Source: an uncultured virus (IMG/VR IMGVR_UViG_2541047086_000003)
Taxonomy: Duplodnaviria; Heunggongvirae; Uroviricota; Caudoviricetes
Reading direction: 5' to 3' (one strand)
DNA length: 64,000 nucleotides
IMG/VR virus record: IMGVR_UViG_2541047086_000003
Location: 1-64,000 of that record
The translations under genes and the position numbers were made by a program. The notes beneath the pieces are model-generated. The model was not told where the DNA came from. It searched no databases and saw nothing but the letters and a program-made list of their open reading frames with translations. Below, piece after piece: positions 40,816 to 52,667 of the stretch. Position 1 is the first letter of the stretch. Each line of letters begins with the position of its first letter.

Positions 40816-42558
40816 TTAGACTACAATATCTCCTTCTGCTGTCTTCAGCGTCCCACTATCGAATGTGTTATGAATTAAGGTTGTATTCTTTGCTTTATCT
40901 GTGCAATACGGGTGAGATAATAACTTACCTCCAATTCCACGCGCATCGTTTCTGACGAGACGTACTTTGTCCGTATTCTCCAAATAAACACCATATCCTT
41001 GGTCTGTTGACCTGTTAAACATGATCTCATTATCCTTTAATATGTGTTCTGATCCACCAGTCAGTTGAATAGCGATTAATGCTTTACAGAAATAAATCTG
41101 ATTCTCACTAATCTGACAACTGTACTTCTCAGGAGTGCCTTTAATTGCTACGTTCCTAGGCTCATGAATTTCATTTCGTTGCAGCGAGACGGAAGAGTCC
41201 TTATCCCAGAAAATGCCGTATCCACTTCCGTTTAACAATAAGTCATTCCCCTTTAAACGAACTGACTGAGACCTTTCGCAATAAATTCCACCGTACACAT
41301 TTACAAATTCATTATTAATTAGACTGATCCGGGTAGAGTCCATTATCTTTACAGCGTATGCTGAGATTGTTCCTTTCCCTTTGTTGTTCACAACCCTTAC
41401 ATCATTTGAGTTTCTAACCTGGACTTGAATGCAGTCACTGTTCTCTATTCTGTTATCTGTGATTAATACATCTTCTGCCTGATGTGTTGCAATTGGACAT
41501 GCCTTTATCCCTTCTAGAGTATTATTTGATATCGACACGCCTTTTCCTCTTGCGCAAATTCCTACTTCAAACCCTCTTACCGTATTGCCCTCAATTTGAA
41601 CTCTGTTTCCGGATTCCGTACTTGAAACACCAACCGAGTCAATTCCGTATTTCTTAACCTCTGCATCATTGATTATCTTGTTGTTTTTAATGCTGACATC
41701 AGTGCTGAATCCGTAAGAAATAACGTTGTCACTGTAGTTCCCTTCAATAATTACTTGACCGCTTGTGTGAGCTGTAACGGATCCACGTCCGTTGTTTTTA
41801 AACCTGCAGTTTCGCACAGTTAATTTATACGGGTGATCATATTTAATTCCGTTTTCTCCAAAGCCCTCTAAATCAATTCCTAATTGCGGCCCAATTGTAT
41901 CTCCCCCAGCTTCCTCTATATCACAGTCGTCTACAAGAAGACCTTCACAACCATTGGTAGCCAGATTATTTCTTCTCCCTCTCAAAAGAGTACACTTTCG
42001 AACGGTTACATTCTTTGAAGGCGTATATGTTCCTGAAGTATTCATCATTCCATCAGCTGCTATCCAAATGTTATCTCCAATACAGTCAGAGACTTGTACA
42101 TTTTCAATTAACACATTACTGCTACCATGAATATGAATTCCGTATCCCCATTCATGTGTCCTTTTAATTGAAGTTACTTTTGAATAATCGTGTTCATACC
42201 GGTCACCTATAATTTGACCACCGCGAATCGTTACATTACTCGCTTGGCCGATATAGAAACAGGAATAGCCTTGAGAATCATTTGGCAACACCTTAAATAT
42301 TGCCTCTGGATGAAGTACTAGCTCAATATTTGAAGGAACATTTATACCTCCGCCGAATTCAGGCAGCCGCCTTGATGTATTCACAGCATCAATTAGATAG
42401 GTACCTTTTGGAATATGTACTTTATAGAATGATTTTGAGCTTGCGTACTTTAAAGCTCGGTTTATCCCTTCTGTCGTTTCAATAGCATTTGACCCTTTAT
42501 CATCAATTCCCCAATCCAGAGCATCAACAGAATAGTATAATGGCTGCTGCATGTTCAT
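40816..42558 (-). CDS. yorA: Right-handed beta-helix (pectin-lyase-like) protein
   Basis: IPKGTY motif and repeated beta-helix pattern. Confidence 0.85.
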   Translation of the reverse strand: MNMQQPLYYSVDALDWGIDDKGSNAIETTEGINRALKYASSKSFYKVHIPKGTYLIDAVNTSRRLPEFGGGINVPSNIELVLHPEAIFKVLPNDSQGYSCFYIGQASNVTIRGGQIIGDRYEHDYSKVTSIKRTHEWGYGIHIHGSSNVLIENVQVSDCIGDNIWIAADGMMNTSGTYTPSKNVTVRKCTLLRGRRNNLATNGCEGLLVDDCDIEEAGGDTIGPQLGIDLEGFGENGIKYDHPYKLTVRNCRFKNNGRGSVTAHTSGQVIIEGNYSDNVISYGFSTDVSIKNNKIINDAEVKKYGIDSVGVSSTESGNRVQIEGNTVRGFEVGICARGKGVSISNNTLEGIKACPIATHQAEDVLITDNRIENSDCIQVQVRNSNDVRVVNNKGKGTISAYAVKIMDSTRISLINNEFVNVYGGIYCERSQSVRLKGNDLLLNGSGYGIFWDKDSSVSLQRNEIHEPRNVAIKGTPEKYSCQISENQIYFCKALIAIQLTGGSEHILKDNEIMFNRSTDQGYGVYLENTDKVRLVRNDARGIGGKLLSHPYCTDKAKNTTLIHNTFDSGTLKTAEGDIVV

Positions 42559-43379
42559 GTTGCCAAACCCTTCCCTTCTACATTCCCATTGATAAACCGT
42601 GACAGAGTGTCAATGAAGTTATAAAAGTTCTCATTTCTTGTGCCTGAGCGTCCTTTTAGAGAAAAGGTGTTAAACATTGATTTGCGCAGTCCAGTACTTA
42701 ACTCAAGTTGAATGCTCTTTCCTGTTTTATTTTTATTGGCAATATTATTCGGGTTGCTACCAGATAGCCTTGTCCCTTCGTCAAGAAGCTCTGCAGAGTA
42801 ACCAGCATTATTTAATGTACTTGTTATCGCTTCAGCTTTGTCTCGATCTGTGCCGCCAACTAAAACATGCCGGTCATTATTTGCATAACCGTGAAGTGAC
42901 AGTGTGAACTCATGTTCCTTCAACATTTCAAGTGCTTGTGGTTCATCAAAATTCGTACTGGTTAAATGTAAATCAAATGCTCCTGGTGTCTTTAAAGCTT
43001 CAAAAAGATATGTAGAGTATGCTTCGCTTAATTCCTTAGCGAGCTCACTTGTTCCCCCTTCTATGCCACCTCCATGGGGAGCAAGAATTAATACATCAGT
43101 GTCTTGCTCTTTTGAGAATACGCTGAAACTGAACGGTGATTCATTCACTTTAAGCTCTTCAAAGTTTCGATACTTGTCTGCTGCTAGAGAACTTACTGGA
43201 TTCAGAAATGAAGCTAGAGCTGTCACCAAGACTGGAAAAGTCTTCTTAACTGTGATACACTTTAATAGCTTCGTAGTGATACGATGCATGCAGAGTTGGG
43301 AGCGCCCGTCATAGCAAACCCTCTCTGCCTCTTCAATCTTTTTTAACATTTCCTCTATTCTGTTTTTAATCCTCAACAA
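42555..43379 (-). CDS. pghZ: Poly-gamma-glutamate hydrolase
   Basis: APHGGGIEGGT, HLTST.FDEP, SLHG, QLELS motifs (YoqZ/PghP family). Confidence 0.9.
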   Translation of the reverse strand: MLRIKNRIEEMLKKIEEAERVCYDGRSQLCMHRITTKLLKCITVKKTFPVLVTALASFLNPVSSLAADKYRNFEELKVNESPFSFSVFSKEQDTDVLILAPHGGGIEGGTSELAKELSEAYSTYLFEALKTPGAFDLHLTSTNFDEPQALEMLKEHEFTLSLHGYANNDRHVLVGGTDRDKAEAITSTLNNAGYSAELLDEGTRLSGSNPNNIANKNKTGKSIQLELSTGLRKSMFNTFSLKGRSGTRNENFYNFIDTLSRFINGNVEGKGLAT

Positions 43380-43553
43380 TTAATAACCACTCCTTTTTAT
43401 TTTTGTTTTATTCTTAAAACTCAAATCACATAGGTAACTCACATTGTTATCACCCCCTTAAATAAAAAATTACTTTTATTCAAAAATCAATACGATTAAT
43501 CAACTCCTTAAGGTAAAATATGAGTATCTCTCTTTGAAAGGATTGAGCTATTC

Positions 43554-43730
43554 GTGATTAAACTTTCTCCAGAAGAAATTGATGAAATCGCTAAAGAATG
43601 GGAAAACAAAGGTAATCCACCCTGTGATCATTCTCAAATAGGAAGAGAATATACACTTGGTGCTCATACTGATTACGCCTGTCTACAATGCGGTGAAAGA
43701 CGTTACAATATTGAAGACTTCAGGAGATAG
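43554..43730 (+). CDS. 58-aa putative Zn-binding protein, inverted, between two junction motifs
   Basis: MIKLSPEE...PCDH...YACLQCGERR...; AAAGGA RBS. Confidence 0.6.
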   Translation: MIKLSPEEIDEIAKEWENKGNPPCDHSQIGREYTLGAHTDYACLQCGERRYNIEDFRR

Positions 43731-43761
43731 GGTATTTACCCTTCTCTTTAAATTATCGTTT

Positions 43762-44034
43762 TTATTCAGTTTCTTTTCTTACCCATTTTCTAACCTTAAC
43801 TTCCTTAAGCTCAACTTCAAAACACTCAACCTGGTCATCGTATTCCCATGGTCTCTCCTCTTGTAACTCTGTAGCGCCTTCCCTGTAAGTTGTCTCATAA
43901 AACTTGTCTTGAAATGCAAACACAATACGATAATGAATACTCCACCTAGACGTATCAGTGATTTCTTCTAAAATTGAGGATTCAGGCAGCCCCAATTCAT
44001 TTACCATGTAATCTTTGTCCAATTTAATTTTCAT
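43762..44034 (-). CDS. Hypothetical phage protein
   Basis: 90-aa ORF; stop inside junction motif. Confidence 0.7.
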   Translation of the reverse strand: MKIKLDKDYMVNELGLPESSILEEITDTSRWSIHYRIVFAFQDKFYETTYREGATELQEERPWEYDDQVECFEVELKEVKVRKWVRKETE

Positions 44035-44914
44035 TCAAAATAACCCCTCTTCCTTTGCAGCATTCACATTCGACTAAGGGCTCATTGATTTTAGTCATCA
44101 GATCATCTAAAAATTTCTTAATATTACTCTTTAAATCTTCAACGTCATTACCACTAAAAGGCTCTACAATTGGATAGCTCTGATAGGCTTTGGGTGCAAC
44201 ATTGTAAATTTCAACCTCCCGCTTTGTTTGAAATCTTTTCTCAAGTTTAGGTTTTCTACGTTTGTACATTGCATTTAGATCAACTACGTACTCTTGAGGT
44301 TTGTAAAGCTCCAAAACTTTGACCACAGTTAAACAGAAATCATAATCACTCGTGATTCTTGCCAATTTAGGGTTAATATTGGCTTTAATATGGTCTCTGA
44401 TAATCTTATAGCTTTCTTCTCGGGACAAGTAACACGGCTTTGTTTCAAGAAGCATTGGATGAGTTTGAATTCTATCTAGTAAGTTATAATTCAAGTTAAA
44501 ATTATGGCTTTGCAACTTAAGTTCTCCGTCAATTTCTTCAATTACATTCATTTCAAACTCAATTTTTTGATTCTGTTGCGGGACTTCTTCAAATTTTAAA
44601 TCATATAAACCCTTCACTTCATAGTATTCACTGTCTTCACCTATGTAAGAAGTTTTAATTACTTGTGGCGTCAAATCAGTTTCCTGGAACCCCTCTTTTA
44701 ATTCATACCTTTGATTGATTTTTTTAGCAGGCATTTGTTTTTCAATAACACTTGGCTCCTTATCAAGCTTAAACCAGTCTGATTTATACGTTTCAGTTGC
44801 TCGTTTCCCATCGAAAAACAATTCATCTAATTGACTATGAAAATATTTCTTTCCTTCAATATTGTCAGACACCAAAAAACAGTTACTTGTTTTAATACCA
44901 ATTAGCTTCATCAA
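44024..44914 (-). CDS. Hypothetical phage protein with C-terminal CxxCxGxG
   Basis: 296-aa ORF. Confidence 0.75.
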   Translation of the reverse strand: MMKLIGIKTSNCFLVSDNIEGKKYFHSQLDELFFDGKRATETYKSDWFKLDKEPSVIEKQMPAKKINQRYELKEGFQETDLTPQVIKTSYIGEDSEYYEVKGLYDLKFEEVPQQNQKIEFEMNVIEEIDGELKLQSHNFNLNYNLLDRIQTHPMLLETKPCYLSREESYKIIRDHIKANINPKLARITSDYDFCLTVVKVLELYKPQEYVVDLNAMYKRRKPKLEKRFQTKREVEIYNVAPKAYQSYPIVEPFSGNDVEDLKSNIKKFLDDLMTKINEPLVECECCKGRGVILNEN

Positions 44915-44943
44915 ATTTCCCCTTTTTAATTTTATTTTTATTC

Positions 44944-45135
44944 TTATAAATCAATTATGTAAGTCTCATACATGTCATCCCAATAAGGGTCTGTTCTTGC
45001 TATGTATTTCTTTGCTCTTCCATTTTCCTCAATCTTGAATGTTTGCCCCTTTTGGATATCCGTGAACTTCTTCTTTGTCCATATACCTCTAATCAACACT
45101 TCAACTTCTTTTACCTCAACTGTTTGCCGTTGCAT
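44944..45135 (-). CDS. Small phage protein (yoqX-like)
   Basis: [11 protein letters not shown]... behind AGGAGG. Confidence 0.6.
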   Translation of the reverse strand: MQRQTVEVKEVEVLIRGIWTKKKFTDIQKGQTFKIEENGRAKKYIARTDPYWDDMYETYIIDL

Positions 45136-45206
45136 CACATTCCTCCTTTTTGATTTTCGTGTATCAAGCCTGTACAATATTCAAAAAACCCTAAAGGATG
45201 ATGAAC

Positions 45207-45881
45207 ATGTGTGGCAGGTTCACTTTATTTTCTGAGTTTGACGACATCATCGAACAGTTCAATATAGATCAATTTTTGTCTGAAGATGAATACCATCCAA
45301 GTTATAACGTTGCTCCTTCACAAAACATCCTTACAATCATCAACGACGGATCAAACAACCGTATGGGTAAGCTAAGATGGGGTCTTATTCCTCCCTGGTC
45401 TAAGGATGAAAAGATCGGATACAAAATGATCAATGCTCGCGCTGAAACATTGGCCGAGAAACCCAGCTTCAGAAAACCGCTTGTCAGCAAACGTTGCATC
45501 ATCCCTGCGGACAGTTTTTATGAATGGAAACGTCTCGATCCGAAGACTAAGATTCCTATGCGGATTAAGCTCAAATCCTCCAATCTCTTTGCATTTGCCG
45601 GCTTATATGAAAAGTGGAATACACCTAAAGGTAATCCGCTATACACCTGCACAATCATTACTACAAAGCCCAATGAGCTTATGGAGGACATACATGATCG
45701 TATGCCTGTTATTCTTACTGATGAGAATGAAAAGGAATGGCTAAATCCCAAAAACACCGATCCGGATTATCTTCAAAGTCTTCTGCTGCCGTATGACTCT
45801 GATGACATGGAAGCTTATCAAGTTTCATCTTTAGTGAACTCACCTAAAAACAATTCACCTGAGCTGATTGAATCCCATTAA
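45207..45881 (+). CDS. yoqW: SRAP/HMCES abasic-site protection protein
   Basis: MCGRF N-terminus, YNVAP, INARAET, HDRMPVIL. Confidence 0.95.
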   Translation: MCGRFTLFSEFDDIIEQFNIDQFLSEDEYHPSYNVAPSQNILTIINDGSNNRMGKLRWGLIPPWSKDEKIGYKMINARAETLAEKPSFRKPLVSKRCIIPADSFYEWKRLDPKTKIPMRIKLKSSNLFAFAGLYEKWNTPKGNPLYTCTIITTKPNELMEDIHDRMPVILTDENEKEWLNPKNTDPDYLQSLLLPYDSDDMEAYQVSSLVNSPKNNSPELIESH

Positions 45882-45950
45882 GTACCACTGCCATATCGCT
45901 TTATATATCACCTTCGCTTAGCTAATATGTTATAAGTAGGAGGTGATATT

Positions 45951-46763
45951 TTGTTTGTATCGCCAATGTTATTGCATTCAATAAAAGAGCCATTTGACGA
46001 CGAGAACTATTTCACTGAGCTCAAATTTGACGGAATCAGACTCATCCTTTCAAAATTTGATAATCAGATTAAGCTATATACTCGTCACAACAATGAAGTA
46101 ACAAGCAAGTTCCCAGAACTCTTGGATCTCGATATACCCAATGGAACTGTTTTAGATGGTGAAATTATTGTTGCTGCCCCAGGCGGTGCTCCTGATTTCG
46201 AGGCTGTAATGGAACGCTTTATGTCTAAGAAATCAGCCCATAAGGTGGTTTACTGTGTATTCGATGTAATTTATATTGATGGGCATTCAATCGCTAATAA
46301 GCCGCTCACTGAACGTAAAAACATGCTTTTAAATCTTAACCTTGATCACGATAATGTATATGTTATTGAGGGCCTGCAAGGAAAAGGGTTAGCTTACTTT
46401 AATCTAGCCAAAGAAAAGCATCTTGAAGGAATCGTACTAAAGAAAGCTAACTCCCCTTATGAAATCAATAAACGTTCCCACAGCTGGCTGAAAGTGATTA
46501 ACTATGATTACACAGATGTCCTTATCACTGGCTACACCAAAGAGGATATAAAATTTCTTCTGTCTTATCCTGATGGTACGGCAGCTGGATTTATGGAATT
46601 CATGCCGAACGCAGAACGAAGTAAGTTCCACTCTATGAAACATGTAAAGTCTGAATCTGATGAATATGTATTTATAGAACCGATCTTATGTAAGGTTAAG
46701 CACAGATTTAAGACTAAGCATGGTAAACTCCGCATACCTTCCTTTGAATCCTGGAGAGTCTAA
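45951..46763 (+). CDS. ligB: ATP-dependent DNA ligase
   Basis: ELKFDGIR, LDGE, FDV, EGIVLK, WLK motifs. Confidence 0.95.
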   Translation: MFVSPMLLHSIKEPFDDENYFTELKFDGIRLILSKFDNQIKLYTRHNNEVTSKFPELLDLDIPNGTVLDGEIIVAAPGGAPDFEAVMERFMSKKSAHKVVYCVFDVIYIDGHSIANKPLTERKNMLLNLNLDHDNVYVIEGLQGKGLAYFNLAKEKHLEGIVLKKANSPYEINKRSHSWLKVINYDYTDVLITGYTKEDIKFLLSYPDGTAAGFMEFMPNAERSKFHSMKHVKSESDEYVFIEPILCKVKHRFKTKHGKLRIPSFESWRV

Positions 46764-47842
46764 TCTCTCCGTTACATAATTCCTTAATGTCTCTTTCTTA
46801 ACAAAATTCAAAATCTATTACATTAACACTTTAAGTTAGTTCTATTCCATCTCAATCCACTTATAATATTTCCCTATATGACAATCAAAGCGCCAACCAT
46901 CCTCAATGACTTTCGTATGACTATTCTTATATTTCGAGTGATTTAATAACACCCTAGGAGAAAACATTATTCTCTGCCAATTAAATAATTCTTTCATTTT
47001 TCATACCCCTTTCCTTGTGAATTTTCACTTTTGATAACAATGTTATCTTTACAGTTCGTTCAATTAAATATTCTGCATTGCAATAATCGCATTTTACTCT
47101 AAATTCAAGAGATGGCTCATAAACAATGGTTTCTCCACAAATCTCACAAGGAAAAACATCTTCATTAATTCTCCCCATAAATAAATCACATCCTTTAAAA
47201 TAACTATTTTATTTTTATTCTTTAATAATCACCAAATATCATAGCCCACAAAATCATTTAGAATATTCGTCATTTATTCTCCTCCTCCATTTCCATATCC
47301 GCTATGGGAACTACTTCCGAATAACCCGAGGGAAACGACTAATGCTGTTATAAACGACGACAGTATAAGGGGAATCAAAAATACTGCCAAGCCGGTATAG
47401 TTACCCGACTCAAATGTAATAAGCTGTGTGATCGAATATGCGAAAAAGAAAACATATGCCCCGTACGTAATCCAAAACCGCAATTATTCACCCTCCAATC
47501 GTTTTAATGCTTCATTGTTTTCGTATATAGTTTCGTTAATCAATACTCTACGAGCTTTCTCCTTCGTAGTTATCCGGAATGTACAGTCGTCTCTCCCATA
47601 CATCTCGCAATAAACAACGTAATCGCGGAATAGGTCGTTCATATACTCGATGTCGCCGCATCCGTACAACTTACCGTTCAGAAAGCACGCATATATTTGC
47701 CCCATATGCTCCACCTCAATTTTCTTCATGTTTTTTTCAATTCTTTTTGATTTTCATATTGCTTTTCACTCTTTTATTAATAGAGGCATGTCTTACGCAT
47801 GTCATCTAAGAGAGATAGGACATTCTTGGGAGGTGAAAGGTA

Positions 47843-47995
47843 ATGAAATTTCTAATGGATCTATTCACAAATTGGACTTTTGATAAAGTCATGGATTACA
47901 TGCTAGCTGCTGTAATTTGGTTTGTATTCAAGTCCAAGACAAAGCAGAATGAGTATCCCGATGACTTTGAGGAAAGAAGGCGTTATAGAGATTGA
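47843..47995 (+). CDS. 50-aa membrane peptide (yoqT-like) with sporulation-sigma-like promoter
   Basis: MKFLMDLFTNWTFDKVMDYMLAAVIWFVFKSK...; GGGAGGTG RBS; TCATC-14 nt-CATTCT upstream. Confidence 0.65.
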   Translation: MKFLMDLFTNWTFDKVMDYMLAAVIWFVFKSKTKQNEYPDDFEERRRYRD

Positions 47996-48446
47996 TATTC
48001 TCTCTATGATCGATATCTATATGGTTACTGCTTTAGATAGCGATCTTCTAGGAGTTTAATTTAAATTCAACACCCAAAAAGTCACATAGCTCTTCCTTAA
48101 AATCCGGTTCTCCAAATGTTCCATTCAACAACCTGTGTTCTAAAACATTGAGAGTAACCTCTTCAGGTTCCCACTGATCTTCTAAACCGTGGCATGAACA
48201 GTGGGAACCATTAACCTCGAACAATTTCCCTTCCTCTTCAAATAGAACCCAAGCGTGCCCTTCACAAATGTCACCATCATAAGAGGCAAACAGAATGTTT
48301 ACATCAGTTTCTTTTTCTTCAAAGTCTGACAAAACGTCAACCTTTTCTTTTCCTTCCCATTCGTTCAGGAGTACTGATTTTTGATTAATGATTTCTTCAA
48401 ATTTTTTCATTGTTACTCCCCCCATTTTCACTTTGAAAACTATCTT

Positions 48447-48962
48447 TTAATTAGATATCGTTATTGAACTCCAATCAAACGTTTCGAGAATTTTAAGCAG
48501 CCGCTCTACTTTCGGTGCCCTCCAAGCTGTCATTGCGTAAGTATGAGCTTCTGAAGTGTAGTGATGCCTATTTAATTTGATATGAGCCTTCGCTTCTGCT
48601 TTGGTCAAAAACATTGTATCCGGCCGTACAATATGAACCTTTCTTTCTGGAATTAATTCTGCTTCTTCATCAATGTATTTTTGAATCCACTCAATAGGAT
48701 CATCAAAGTCATCCTTTTTCAACTCTGTTAAAGCTTCCTTAGAGAGCTCACTATCTTCTTTTAAATCTTCTAAATAATCATCTAAAACATATGCTTCTGC
48801 AATATATGGCAGGTATACAGAATACCGTTCTGCGTTTTCTTCTCGAACTTCGACCCATTCATAATCGCCAACTGTCCAGAAACGCGGTGCAGCTTGACAG
48901 TCGCTGTCTTGATTTTTCAACTCTTGCTGAAGTTCTTTTAAAAACTGAATATCTTGATTCAT
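48447..48962 (-). CDS. yoqJ: YoqJ-like protein
   Basis: 171 aa; QAAPRFW...AWRAPKVE. Confidence 0.6.
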   Translation of the reverse strand: MNQDIQFLKELQQELKNQDSDCQAAPRFWTVGDYEWVEVREENAERYSVYLPYIAEAYVLDDYLEDLKEDSELSKEALTELKKDDFDDPIEWIQKYIDEEAELIPERKVHIVRPDTMFLTKAEAKAHIKLNRHHYTSEAHTYAMTAWRAPKVERLLKILETFDWSSITISN

Positions 48963-49539
48963 TCGCTTCCTCCTATCTGTTTAAAATCACGATTTCATTC
49001 AGTCCCACTGCCTGATGATCTTAAATCCCTTCTCTATATATAAGCAACGCTGTATTATGAGTTCGACCTGTATTTATTGAATTATATTTGATATCAATAA
49101 CTTCAATCTTTTTTGATTCCGCTCTTATAAAACCGTTTATTAGTCTATCAATTTCAACCCATTCACCATTGCAATATTCATCTTGGAATATCCTTGTTTT
49201 AATCATTGTTTAAACCCTTTCTTTAATGAACTTTTTTCGTTTAACTTTCGGAAAACATATTAATCTACTAACATTAATAACTCATCGACTTCATAATTAT
49301 ATTCACCGTATTCACCAGAGTCCCATTCAACGCCTACAGAACCTTGATTTGTCGTCCACAATATAATTCCCATCTCTCCATCTTCATGCCACCTTACTCG
49401 CTTCCCTTTCTGATAACCAAGCATGTTTCCACCCCTTTCTTGAGAAAGCATTTTAATTTAACTTTAATGTGGATCACCTTGAGAAAATCCCCTTTAATTG
49501 GTAAACTCATACCTAACTTACATACGAGTGGGTGATTCC

Positions 49540-49914
49540 TTGAATAAAACAATCGGTATTACTGGATTAATCATCAGCATAGTAGTGCAATCATTTTCGG
49601 CCGATGATTCGTTATCCCACAGGATTGCTACGGGTTTGTTATTTGTATCAATAATGATTTATAATTTTGAACACGCTAAAGATTATTCTAAAAAGTCACT
49701 TGTAATTTTAGGAGTTTCCTTTATTGCTTTTATGCTAGGGATTTATAAAATCCTCTCTATTACCAGCGATTACTTTGAAAAGCTTAATGTGAATTTTGGA
49801 TACATCCTCTTATTTGAAATAGCATTGATTATTGCATTAGTGTCGATTGCGGTAAACGTAATGAAGTACATTGCGAACCGGTTAAGGAAAACACCTGATG
49901 GTAAAGAGCTTTGA
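49540..49914 (+). CDS. yoqO: YoqO-like membrane protein
   Basis: Four hydrophobic segments; inverted orientation. Confidence 0.65.
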   Translation: MNKTIGITGLIISIVVQSFSADDSLSHRIATGLLFVSIMIYNFEHAKDYSKKSLVILGVSFIAFMLGIYKILSITSDYFEKLNVNFGYILLFEIALIIALVSIAVNVMKYIANRLRKTPDGKEL

Positions 49915-52253
49915 CTCTTTGCCTTTTTTAAGCTAAATACTTCTTCTTATGTGGTCTTCTATGTACAAAATCAAATGCGATATCAACTTTTTCCGTTTCC
50001 TTCTCATTTGCTACTCGTTCCGTAACAACAATCAGTTGTCCATTTTCCTGGTGATCAATGCTATGGACTGAATATCCTTTAGCAGCGTAATATTCACCAA
50101 TAATCTCATCAACGTGATTGCTAAGCAGATTCCTCTTTATCACCCTTATAACCTCCATTTATTTTATTTTTACTCTTTAAGAATTTATATGTATTCCATC
50201 CACAGCCATCAGATATGCTTATATCCGCTCCAAGATGCCACTTAAACCAAACTAAGTTAAACCAGGCTGTATCAATTATGTATTTGATGTATCCTATGCT
50301 AACGACATCCTTTCAACTAATTTTTCAATGAATTCTTCTTTTCTTTATCAATATCTTTCTTAAGCATATCCTCAATCTCCTCCAATTTATCAACCACTTC
50401 AAATGTAAATTCATCATCATTGGTATAGCGAATCTGATCACTTGCTTTCTTTACAAGCTCAAGCGCAACTTGTCTCGGATCTTTATAGTTCTCACTCAAA
50501 TTCCCACCTCATTTCATTGAAATAATCCTTTTAAACAAATACCAACTCTGGCTCTTTATCCTCTTCATATCGTTTATAGCCAATAAAGTAATTCTCATCT
50601 GTTTTATAGATAAATGGTGAAATCCAATCAATAAAATTCTCAATTTCATTATTATAGTTTTTTAGATTGCATCTAATTGTTGCATAATACCCATCTACTA
50701 GAGTATCCCTTACAATTTCACTGTGGGTTTTGCCATCAAAATAATAACTATCAGATTGAAGCATGAATCGCCACCTGTTCCCTTCAAGAAACAGCTTATG
50801 CTCTGGAAGCTCATTTGGTTGTTCATCTCGTTGACCAGTCATAAACTCTAAAATTTCAATTATGCAACTTGGTGTTTCCTTAATAAGTTCAAAAGCACAT
50901 ACCAATTCTGTATACATCCCCATTAATACATCTCCCTCTCTTTAAAACAGTCTTTTTATTGAAAATATTTATCTGATGTGCAGGCCATTTCTTCCTCGCC
51001 TAAATAGTTTTTTATTTCATTTAAGCTATAAATGACCTTATTGAATTTACTCCTAATGTGCAGTGCAAATTCAACTGATGAATCGGACATCCCTAATTCC
51101 TTTAGATTTGTGTCTAATTCTTTAAAGTAACCTTGTAACTTTACGTTCACTGAAAACTCTCCTTTTTTTGTTGAATTCTTATTAAAGCTCAATTTTATTC
51201 AATTTCTTCAGAAAAATGCTCTTCTTGAATTACAGATTCTCCCCTAGTGTTCACTATTCCAATTTGTAAAAGAGAAGGTGAGTATGACCAAGACTCTCTT
51301 TCCATCCCAAGCAACGAAGATAATTTTTCAATTTTCGCATTTGCCTTTGCTTCAATTTCTTTCTCCATCCTCATGTGAACATAATCTCTATGTTTTGCAT
51401 GGTACTCGATTCTTTCTTCACATAATCTAAGCTCTTCTTTGGCCTCTGAAAGCAAGAAGTTTAATGCAACTTGTTCCTGTGTTTGATATCTTCTCATATA
51501 GCTCCTCTTTCCATTAAAATTTTACTTTTAATCTAATTTCCTCATATCATCCCTCTGTTTAATATAGCTTTTGAAATATTCCCAATCCTGATCAATCTCC
51601 TTAATGTTAAGTTCAATGAAATCCTCTGCCTTTTTTCCATCTATAATGTTACTTACAGAAAGTTGGAACATCATCTCAATTTTCGCGATTCTCTCAGCAA
51701 GATTTCGAGAGTACTCTTTTGCTCTATTTAAGCGCCCTTGACTTAAACCGTGTTTTGTTTCCATACAGTTCCCTCCCTATCAAAAAATTTTGCTAAATAT
51801 ATAGTGTTGACCTTTAAATCCATAGGTATCACTGAATAGCATATTACCGTACCTATCATCATTGTCTGACCAATGTTTTAGTCTGTCGAGCTTATTACGA
51901 CTCATCAATAACGAAAAAGTTGCTTTCCTTAGCCATGTCGTAATCTTGCTTATCTCGAATATAAGCGATAAATTTTTCGTCAACAGCCCCAAATTCCAGA
52001 ACCTCAACGTAAACCGGTTGATAATCGTCCCCTTCAATGCTTACTTTTCCGCCGTTTGCAACCGCTTCTTTATAGGCACGTTCAATCCCATACTCATCCT
52101 CAATAAACAACGCTGCGTAATCTCCGTCTCCGTAAACGTTAATAATTTTCATCGTTTTACCTCCCGTTAATTTGTATTCAAGCGCTTTTTTCAAATCATT
52201 CTTTTCCCAATTTCATTACTCCCCCTTGAGATACTTTAAAATGCATCTTTTAT

Positions 52254-52661
52254 TCACTTCTTTGTAGCATAGCTTTCAAAGAATTCTTCAATTGATCTAA
52301 GGTAACGGTATTTATTTGGATCTTCCGGATTTCTGAATCTTTTCGATAGCACCAATGACCAATTAAACATCAACGGTGAAAACCTCGCCCATTTGCTAAA
52401 GCTTAACTGAAGACCTTTCCACTCTCTTCCCGCTAATTCTGCTAATTTCAGAATTTGATCTTCTTTTAAATTCACTTCTTCTTCAAACATCACTTGAATT
52501 TCTTCGTATGGTTTATGCCCAAAACAACAGTGGCGTGTTTTTAATCCAATCTTGAAATTTAAAATATCAATTAAATTGATCATTTGTGTATCAAGCTCAT
52601 CATAGGGAATACCATTTGCAATGAATTTTTCTCTTTGGTTTGTTTTCACATTAACCTCCAA
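52254..52661 (-). CDS. yoqC: YoqC-like protein
   Basis: 135 aa; TRHCCFGH motif; synteny. Confidence 0.6.
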   Translation of the reverse strand: MEVNVKTNQREKFIANGIPYDELDTQMINLIDILNFKIGLKTRHCCFGHKPYEEIQVMFEEEVNLKEDQILKLAELAGREWKGLQLSFSKWARFSPLMFNWSLVLSKRFRNPEDPNKYRYLRSIEEFFESYATKK

Positions 52662-52667
52662 TAACAG

